A stretch of 63,575 nucleotides of DNA, counting the filler, from Ministeria vibrans ATCC 50519 (taxonomy: Eukaryota > Protista > Filasterea): NCBI GenBank assembly GCA_943704425.1. It is 4 parts of 4 records of this genome, joined end to end, with 100 filler letters (N's around TTAATTAATTAA, not from the genome) between each part and the next. Parts side by side here need not be neighbours in the genome. Positions count along the whole stretch, not along the records: positions 21,317 to 44,033 come from CALSCP010000397.1; positions 44,134 to 63,575 come from CALSCP010002698.1; 2 more parts are not named here. The stretch is one strand, 5' to 3'. The translations under genes and the position numbers were made by a program. Below, one piece after another: positions 41,444 to 63,575 of this stretch (the stretch's first letter is position 1; each line of letters begins with the position of its first letter). The notes beneath the pieces are model-generated. The model was not told the origin of the DNA and ran no database searches. It saw only the letters and a program-made list of their open reading frames with translations.

Positions 41444-42532
41444 CTATCTATCTATCTATCTCTCTCACGCGCGCGCACTCTCTCTGAATATGTGTTGTGG
41501 TACCTTCACAATCGGCCAAATCACCGCAAATACGCAAGCAATATCTGCTCAGTATCAAAATTGTGAATATTCTCTCTTCCAATTAATCGATTCTTCTGTT
41601 TTGTTTTCCGTATTGAATTACCAATCAATTGGAAGATCTCTCTCAATCGCTCTCCTCGAATGATTCCAAATTCCAGTTTTGAGGCCATTGACTACCAGAA
41701 ACAATAATACGCGTGTTAGATGTAAGATAAATTTGATGAGTGTGTGGTTTCTCTCGTGCGTGTTACTTGAGCCACATTTGCAAACAACTGAAGAATCAAA
41801 AGTGACGCAATTGTATATTGTTCCCACCTAAAGAATATGATAGGAAGAATCAAAGTGATAAAGAAAGAGGAGGGAGAAAGAAACAACGTAGAGTCAGAGA
41901 GAGATTTAAAGTGCAATGTCATCGTGTAAAACTGAGTGCTACTTTGCGAGAAATGGTTTGACAAAGGACAGGCCAGTGGCAAGAACAGCTAACGTAGAGA
42001 TCCACAGAAGAGCATTCACACTAAGACAGACAGACAGACAGAGAGATAGGAGATATGAGAAAGTGAGTGACGAAACAATCAATTTGTAATAGGTCAGTGT
42101 TCTTTTGGGGTGCTTACAAGTGAAAGAGAGTGTAGACGGTAGTGTATCCTTTGAGAGGCACACCGTCCACAGCAATGGAGTGGTAGAAGACTCCATGGAA
42201 AGTCACGGAAAACACCTGGTTAAGGAATTGTCAGGGTAAGGGTTAGGGTTAGGACGACCCCTTGCCCTGTTCTTACTTTGCTGACAAGAACGGAGAGCAT
42301 TAAGAGATGAATACGGTTCGCGCGTTGGCGATACTTGCGGATAATATAAATCCAAAGTGACAGGGCAAGCACATATAGCAATGCAAAGGAGTAGAGCAGA
42401 GCAGGCAATGGCTGCAGACCATACGACAGGTAGTTGATGGACCCATAGTATTCCGATCTGCTGTTCAGTTCCCGCACATGCAGACTCATCGTGGTCCCAG
42501 TGAGTGATTTCGGTGAGCCACTATTCATGCAT

Positions 42533-42571
<39 letters not shown>

Positions 42572-43105
42572 GAATACAGATATATATATATATATTATAT
42601 AGAGAAGTGAGAAACAAAAAAAAAACAAAAATGACATGCAAAATACAATGTTAAATTAATAATGTTTTTGTTGTTTCTTGATTTTGCATACCGATTAGCA
42701 CAATTGTAATAGTGAATGCTGTACATGCCTTGGTGCGTTTCAGGCGCAGTCACTGTCAACGTACGATTCTCCATCGTCACTTCCACTGCTTCCCCCGTCC
42801 CATTGTGTCCACCCACACTATCGCCAAACAGTGGCTCGGCGAATTTCCTAAAACCCTCAGAGGAGACACACACACACACACCACACACACTATTAGCTCC
42901 CCCCAAAAAAACCTATTGGGCAACTTTCGCTTACCATGAGCCGTCCTTCTGTGAAAGCACGCGTATGTTGATTATATCGGTTTCAACAAGAACGGGGGTG
43001 GCGCACTCGTGAACGATTGAGTCATGAAGCGAACTTCCACGATTGCCTGCGACCTTGATGCGAAAGCCGACATTGGGCTCAGCCTCCGCCTCTCCACCCG
43101 TCTAC

Positions 43106-43159
<54 letters not shown>

Positions 43160-43642
43160 TAATTATATAACATTATAATATTGCTCTAAGATAAATCGCA
43201 AGTGACATCGACCTCACCAGACTGAACTCGTCCAAGCGAATCTGCAACTGTCCATAGGTCGCCAACCCGAAGCTCTGGATCACCATAAACATGTCGCGCG
43301 TGTCTACACCACCATACACCGCAGGGTTAGCACGTGCAATGCGCCCCTACCCCGTTCAGCCAAATGTCGTGGCGCAAAACGCCAAAATCCGTTTCTTTTT
43401 TTTATTATTTGAATCGTTAAAACCGATTAATCTACGCCTCATTCTGCCCCAGTGTCGTTCTGTGGACCTCCTGAATGTTCACAGCAACACCGGGATAGCA
43501 CCGTGCGGACTCAACACGCCCAGACGACACACACAGAGTTTTGTTTTTTACTTTTACCTTCTTCAACACGAAGATTGTGAATGTCGCCGAAGCAGCCTCC
43601 CATAAGGACTATAAGCCCAATGGCAACGTGGAGCATACGCAT
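40388..43642 (-). CDS. GPR107/GPR108-like (lung seven-TM, GOST) protein
   Basis: Signal peptide + GDIHNLRVEEDTR..SFG; GMYSIHYYNC; NYLSYGLQPLP; IHLLM; QLFANVA; WLFRPVEDNQYF. Confidence 0.88.
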
Positions 43643-43750
43643 TCTCAACAAAAGTAAAATTAAAATAAATAAGATAATGAGTCAAATAATTAAACGAATC
43701 ATTTCATTAATTCATTTAATTTTCTCCGTTCCTTCGTGACTACCATTGGG

Positions 43751-43969
43751 ATGGAGTGCGCCAAAGCGCTCGTTCCATCCCATTTTGAGTCGTTGATCGG
43801 CTTCCTTCGGCACACGTGTCCGGACGGCGCCAGTCACCTCAGTGTTTATCTTCAGCCCAACGACCCTCCCGAGTACACCGCTCTCCTCTGCAGCTCGCGA
43901 GTGGCCGCGTCTTCGCCAAACACTACCGCTGTGCCTCAAATCAGCTGCCAGTCGATGGGCCAGTCAGAG
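43751..43969 (+). CDS. TERT: Probable first exon of telomerase reverse transcriptase (TEN domain start); remainder lost at linker
   Basis: HFESLIGFL...YLQPNDPPEYTALLCSSRV...SMGQSE|GT resembles the TEN N-terminal pattern L..DP..Y/F..LL...V...Q.E; judged from memory only. Confidence 0.5.
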
Positions 43970-44133
43970 GTACTAACAAAACGCTCAAACCGCTCTCTGT
44001 TTATCTCTTCCTCTCTCTCTCTTTAACTTTTTCNNNNNNNNNNNNNNNNNNNNNNNNNNNNNNNNNNNNNNNNNNNNTTAATTAATTAANNNNNNNNNNN
44101 NNNNNNNNNNNNNNNNNNNNNNNNNNNNNNNNN

Positions 44134-44228
<95 letters not shown>

Positions 44229-44386
44229 AACTCTTGAACTCTCTCTTGAACTCTCTCTCTCTCTCTCTTGAACTCTCTCTTGAACTCTCTCTCTTTCTCA
44301 TTGTGTCTTTCTTTGTTTGTTTGTCTCGTTTTTTTTCGTCTTTCTTCTTCTCATCTTTTCTCGAATGTCTCGAACTTGTGTTTTAG

Positions 44387-45053
44387 GATGTCACTGATAT
44401 GAGCTTTATGTTCTACTTTACAAGTTCGTTCGACCAGGCTCTGTCTTTTGACACCTCAGTAAGAAAACCAATGTAAAATCTATTCAAATTAATACTCTAT
44501 TGACGTTTTATGTAGAAAGTGACTGATATGAGTTATATGTTCTCCTGGGCACAAAAACTGAACCAGCCTTTAACATTGAACACAAAGGTAACAATAATCT
44601 CAACTAAAGGTTACAATCTCAACCAAACAGTCACAATCTCACACAAACAGTCACTTGATCAGACTCACAGTGTATTTTTCTCTCTTTATTTGCGTGCATG
44701 TGTGTCTGTAGAACGTGGTTTCTATGTTTCGGATGTTTGCCTTCGCCGATACATTTAATCAGCCATTGAATTTCAACACGACGGTACCAAAACATTCAAA
44801 AACGTTTGTTCTTGTTCTTTGTTTCTTATTCGTTTTTAATAGAGTGTGACTGATATGGAAGCGATGTTTCGAAGCTGTCCTGATTTCAACCAAGAGTACG
44901 AAATAAATTTAGTGCGTCTTTACTTGAATTGACTCTCACTCTCTTAGTTTGAGTCACTTGTGTGTTCCACTAATTCCTTCCGAACCAACCAACTTCGCGG
45001 CGTCCGCTAATTCTTATGTACTTCCTCGCCCTATTTGGGGAACCTGTCCCTAA
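44387..45053 (+). CDS. DUF285/BspA-type repeat protein, 3' exons
   Basis: Exons 44387-44458, 44516-44587, 44712-44783, 44843-44895, 44948-45053: VTDMS.MF....F.Q.L.F.T repeats then LSHLCVPLIPSEPTNF...PIWGTCP*. Confidence 0.9.
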
Positions 45054-45310
45054 ATCTCTCTAACGTGACTAAACTCTCGTGTGAAACTGTGAATAAACTT
45101 TTCATATTTCAACACGATGAGTAATGTAACGTCTCGAAATATAAACTTTCCTGAGTGTTAATGATCCTCAACGCAGAAAGAAGTGAGTGATGCGCTCTGT
45201 TTGACTCCGGAATGAGCACAAGCGCTCCTTGCTTCTTCAATATGGTTGTAAGATTGAGACTTCAAAATTTAGTTATGAATAATAATTTCACATTTCACAA
45301 TTTTTATAGT

Positions 45311-46330
45311 ATGGAGGAATTCTTTGCAGCACTTCGATCCAACCCGCAGCAACAGGTGGATCTGGTGCGCTCCAAGGAGGTAAGGCAATAACACATTTCG
45401 TATTGAAACTGAAACTTTCTCTCTCTCTCTCTCTCTCTCTCCCTCTCCTCTTTCCTCACCCAGGCATGGCTCGGCAGCCTCGGGTCTACCCTCGATATGG
45501 TTATTGGCAGTCTGGCACTGCCCGATGAGTCGTTTGCGCTCGCTACGTGTCTGTAAGTGAGTTTGTATGAGTTTGGTCGACAATGTTCGGTTTTTTTTTA
45601 TGTTTTTGGTTCTGTAGTCACATCAAAATTAGCCAAAGCCCCACGCTGCCCGTCGAGCAAGTGTTTACAACGTGCACGCACATTACCAATCTATTCTTAG
45701 CCGGCGATATCAGCTCATGTCTTGCCATTCACGAGAAAAAAGGTTTGTGACACTTTCTGTGACATTTGACGACTTTCCCTTGCTCACCATACGCCCACAC
45801 ACGTACACACCCCCCCTCTCTGCTTTGTCTCATTTGGTCCGTGTTTTCTCCTCTCTGCTTTGCACAGTTTACGATTTGTGTGACTTTCTTGCGACTGAGA
45901 CGATCCGCTTGAAATGCCCTCTGATGGCCGTACGCCCGCTCTACAACGTTGCGGCGTGTCTCCCGGGCTCCATCACCACCGCCCACAAGTTGTGTCTGCA
46001 AATGGCGGTGCTGGCAAAGCTCTACTCTTTCGCATCGCAAGTGGTCGACTGGAATCCAACTTGCGTGACAGTACGTCCAGTGTCGTTTATATTGACACTT
46101 CGCCCAGACTCACACCCTTTCTTTTTCACCATCAGTCATCAATAGACACTGAAAATGTTCTCTGCTACTTTTTCTACTCCGCCATTGCCCTCATCGGATG
46201 CAAACGCTACTCCGACGCTCTCTTCTCTCTCGAACTCGTACAACTCTCAATGCGTCTCTATTACTTTGTTTCTCTCCCTCTATCACTCTTTATCACTTTG
46301 ATTCTCTCTCTATCACTTTCTGTCACTTTG

Positions 46331-46367
<37 letters not shown>

Positions 46368-47390
46368 CTCTCAAACTTTGTATCTCTCTCTCACTCCATC
46401 ACTCTTTATCACTTTGCTTCCTTCTTCCTCCTTAATCTCTCTCTAAACTGCGTACCTCCTTCTTCTTCAGGCAATGAGTGTCCCCGCACAGGCACTCAGC
46501 TGCATTATGCTTGAATCTTACAAAAAGTTTGTCCTTGTGTCATTGCTTCACGAAGGACAAGTAATTATTAATATTAATAGTTATTATTATAATCCATTTT
46601 TTCACATTCCTTTTTTAAACTACTTGTGTATGCTAGGTGCGCTCTCCACCGAAAGCACTGAAAACAGCAGTCCTGCGTCAAATTAAAACTGCATGCGAGG
46701 CATATGTTGAGCTGGGCACTGCCTTTGCCGAGGACTCTGTCATCCGTTTACAGACTTCCCTTGAGCAGCACAAGGACCTCTTCAGCGCCGTATGTGCTCC
46801 GTTCTGCCTGTGTCTGATCTCATCACATGTGTATTGTTTGTGTGTTAGGATAAGAATGGGTCGCTTGCGAACAATCTTCTGACTGCACACACCCACCGGA
46901 ACATTCTTAAGCTCACTCGCACCTTTGTCACTCTCTCATTGGCCGACATTGCCGAACGAGTGCATTTGGAGTCGGCGGAACGGGCAGAGGCAATTGTGTT
47001 GAACATGGTTCGTTGTCCCCTCCAACACAACCAAAGCACAATCAACTGATACCAAAACATAATATATAGATTGCGGAAGGGAAAGTGAATGCTAGCATCA
47101 GCCAGCGCGATGGAATGGTCTCTTTCTTCGACAGCGAACCCGAACACTCCACCGCACAAAGCGCACTTAAACTCAAAGCGTGCATTGAAAAATGTGCCCG
47201 TCTCACAGAGTCAATGCGCTCTGTCGACACGTCTATCATCACTTCCGCTCGCTTCAATGACAAGGTCTCGACATATACCATTTACAACTCACTTACTCAC
47301 ACTCACACACGCGCAAATACACTCACTCTCTTGCAGGTTGTCAATGGTGGTCAAAAGTTTCAACCTGAAGATGACTATTTTAATAATTGA
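45311..47390 (+). CDS. COPS3: COP9 signalosome subunit 3
   Basis: ITTAHKLCLQ, LCYFFYSA, SVPAQALSCIMLESYKKFVLVSL, RNILKLTRTFVTLSLADIA, ASISQRDGMVSF (PCI). Confidence 0.92.
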
Positions 47391-47548
47391 ATTATGGTCT
47401 TTTTCATCACAATATTTTGACTTATTTTTCACCACACAGTGTCAACCCTCGAAAAGCATCTCTTCTCTTCAAACTAACCAAATGCGAACTCAAATCCCCC
47501 ACCCTAATACTTGACAACAAAACCTTATAATTATAATACAAACATTGT

Positions 47549-61013
<13,465 letters not shown>

Positions 61014-61157
61014 GTAAAAAAAAAATTGCAGCCAAATAAAACTAATCGAAGTAAAACTCAAAAACTAAACTTAATCGAGTTTGAGAGTGGCGGTCTGGCT
61101 GTGCGTCACAACGCGCGCAGGGCGTGACGACGACGCCAGCAGTGAGTCGAGTCAGCA

Positions 61158-61829
61158 TCAAATTGCTGCCGGCAGTAATGGGCTCAGTGAGTCTACGCGC
61201 ACGGGAAAGCAGAACGAGACTTCAACAAGACGACAGGTCTGACCCAAACATAAATCCATATCCCCGCAGGGCTGACAGTGGGGGGGGAGATATTCAATAT
61301 TGGAAAGTTTATCGCAATTGAACATAAGTCTCTTTCTGCGACAAGACAGTGCACGAAAACGCTGCAAACAGGGTATATGTCTCTCCGACAACAGGCGTTC
61401 CGTCGTTCTGGAACTCGTGAAACCCGCAAGTGTTGGGGTTGCCACCCATCATGTTGAGATTCATAATGGTGCCGGAATTTGACAGTTTAAGGCTCAGGGC
61501 GTCACCTGTCGACCCACTTGTTTGGTCGACATACATGTCCAGGCGGCAGTAGTAGAACCCAGTCGAGAGCTGCGCATGCATAAAATGAAAAAGAAACAGC
61601 ATGAGTAATTAAACGCTCTCCACCATAGCTTGCTTTAAATTTTTCCATGACACGTCGCAAAACATACCGCAGTGCAACTAGCACGGTCGTAGCGGGTTGC
61701 ATCGTTAGACCCTGCAGCTTCGTATTCAAACCCTGAACCAGAGCAGTACACCTCCTGCTGGCAACGAGTGAAGTGAGCTGAGGCACTTCCGATCAGCACC
61801 AGAGCAACGCATAGAATCGCACGAATCAT
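61158..61829 (-). CDS. Small secreted cysteine-containing hypothetical protein
   Basis: Signal peptide MIRAILCVALVLIGSASA; GTATGT...GCAG intron joins to LSTGFYYCRLDMY...; 3' end uncertain. Confidence 0.6.
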
Positions 61830-62353
61830 GGTTATGCTAAGTAGAATGCATAATAATGGTTAGCATGTACTATTTTTGAAAGCGGTGAAAGTTCGAAAGG
61901 AAGAAGGGGGTCGAGTCTGTCTTCAGTACTAACCCCTAAGCCCCCCTATCAACCTCAAAACCCATGCAGAGTTGAGAATACGGAGTATATATAGATGCTA
62001 AAAAGGAAACATTGAAGCTTGATAGGTAGCATAAAACGCGTTGTTGAATGGCTACTTAGGCCAATTGCAAACCCATTGCCGCAGTCAGTTTCCCGGGGAG
62101 AGAGATATCGAAAGGGGCGGCCAAACATCACAAAAGAAACATACTTATCCCATCCGGGCCATCCCCCTCACCCCCGTGGACACTAAACACTAACGAGTCA
62201 AAGCGACTAAGCAAGTAAGCATACAATGATCGCGGGCACACACAGGTTAGCCCACTCATTCTGGTCAAACCGCTGCAGGGGAAAAGAATTCACAGCAGCC
62301 TGCCTGGCCCAGCTGGGTAACGAGGAAGTAACAAGCGTCCAACAAAACGCCAC

Positions 62354-62414
62354 ATGAACCCACAAGTGTTTGCTTGGTATGTATGAACCCACAAGTGTTT
62401 GCTTGGTATGTATG
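62354..62414. repeat. Perfect 29-bp tandem duplication
   Basis: ATGAACCCACAAGTGTTTGCTTGGTATGT x2. Confidence 0.95.
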
Positions 62415-63071
62415 GTAACTCAGTAAGTGATGGTCCAAAACACAATTGCACAAGCCCGTTGTAATTTGCTGTAACGGACCCCCCACTTTTTTTTTAAAAA
62501 AAAAGAGGTGTTCACATGACCCACAACAACTGAAACAACAGCCAACGCAAACCCTCAAGACTTCGACAATCGACACCTTATTCCGCACCACCCACATCCC
62601 GAGATCCGTGTCCCGGGGAACTTCCTCGCGATGGAACCTTTTTCGCGAGAAAAAAAAAAAAGCGGCCTATGGATGGGATCACGGCAGGATCATCTACAGC
62701 CCATAACACCCCGCTGTTACTTCAACCATGACAAATGATCACCCATACACCCCTACATGCACAAGGCAGGCGGTAGCATGCACTAAAAGCGCGGTCACAC
62801 GCGGTTCATAACAATCGCAAAGGAATCGCAAAGAAATCGCAAACCAGCGCCGCCTAACGGGTCAGTCCCTAACGCATGCGTACACAACCCCCGCCGCACA
62901 TCAACACAATCACGCTTACTTTAATACTCTTCGGTGTATGAAAAAAATAATAGAAGGAAGAAGAACGAAGAAGACATTTCCAACTTAATATCAATGGAAT
63001 ATCAATCACAAACAACACGAAAAGCGACCACTCAAGCAGCTCAGAAAAGAAAGAGAGACACATAAATTAAT

Positions 63072-63302
63072 TGGCCCATGAGCGCGTCGCCTCTCAAGGA
63101 TGGAATGTACAACCCACTGAGCGCGTCCAAGTACCTGAGCAAGATGCCGAAGAGGTCTGGACAGGTGCTGCGCTGCAACACACTCATTGCTTCCGCTGCG
63201 GCATGAAGGGCCCAGTCTTTGCTCGCTTCAACATCCCGGCTGGTGCGATGGCCGATACGTTCAGGTGTCGGGCATGCGCAGCCCTCCCACAGCAGCAGCA
63301 GC

Positions 63303-63337
<35 letters not shown>

Positions 63338-63575
63338 CTGCCACAACCACCGCTGGAAAGCCCAGAGAACTTGCTGCTCCATTGTGCTCTCCCACCGGTG
63401 TTCTGACATCGACACGACTCACTGATTAGCAAGACCCCTACCGAGGCACTGCGTGTGACCAACGACACGCACTACAAAGCATTCCATCATCTGGGGGAGA
63501 TGTACAGATGCTTCATCGTTGCCGTCAACGCCACCCAGGTGATTCACCCTCCCGAATCCCCGTTTCTTCCCCCCC
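63072..63575 (+). pseudogene. Degenerate, 5'-truncated copy of the non-LTR element at 20.1-21.2 kb
   Basis: Colinear with the reverse complement of about 20375-20885; deletions, frameshift, in-frame TGA near 63404, H-to-N change in the knuckle. Confidence 0.85.

Noticed and set aside
42233-42253. AGGGTAAGGGTTAGGGTTAGG telomere-like repeat near the TERT-like exon (telomerase RNA template?)
   Set aside because: Only about 3 imperfect units inside a short GPR107 intron, where CTAAC doubles as a branch point; no other support.
43751-45053. TERT-DUF285 fusion gene
   Set aside because: The parts are separated by an artificial linker; adjacency is unproven.
61935-61946. CCCTAAGCCCCC shared with the LINE 3' UTR (20159-20170, minus strand)
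   Set aside because: A 12-bp match with no flanking similarity.

Overview
Gene-dense, intron-rich eukaryotic draft sequence with GT-AG introns and many (TAA)n, (GA)n and (CA)n microsatellites. Four segments are joined by 100-nt N...TTAATTAATTAA...N linkers (5661-5760, 21217-21316, 44034-44133), so adjacency across them is unproven. A YAP/Yorkie-like gene, PTEN with animal-like intron positions, SZT2 and ARL2BP suggest a unicellular holozoan (inference). Recognisable genes: HRD1, NCBP2, DCAKD, an SH3 protein, COG5, PTEN, MRPL22, ZNF622/REI1, a secreted purple-acid-phosphatase-like enzyme, PRIM2, ATPAF1, a small C1-domain protein, ARL2BP, an HSL-type hydrolase, YAP-like, GPR107-like, a possible TERT first exon, COPS3 and SZT2. 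The most unusual items are: (1) an island at 13.2-21.2 kb where a pogo-type DD36D transposase lies 77 bp upstream of a piggyBac transposase, with splice signals that could fuse them in frame and no TIRs found by eye; (2) a bacterial-type DUF285/BspA repeat gene with one 24-aa repeat per 72-nt phase-0 exon; (3) a YAP-like protein with LATS sites and a YAP-type phosphodegron placed N-terminal to the WW domains. All family calls come from motif recognition, not database searches.
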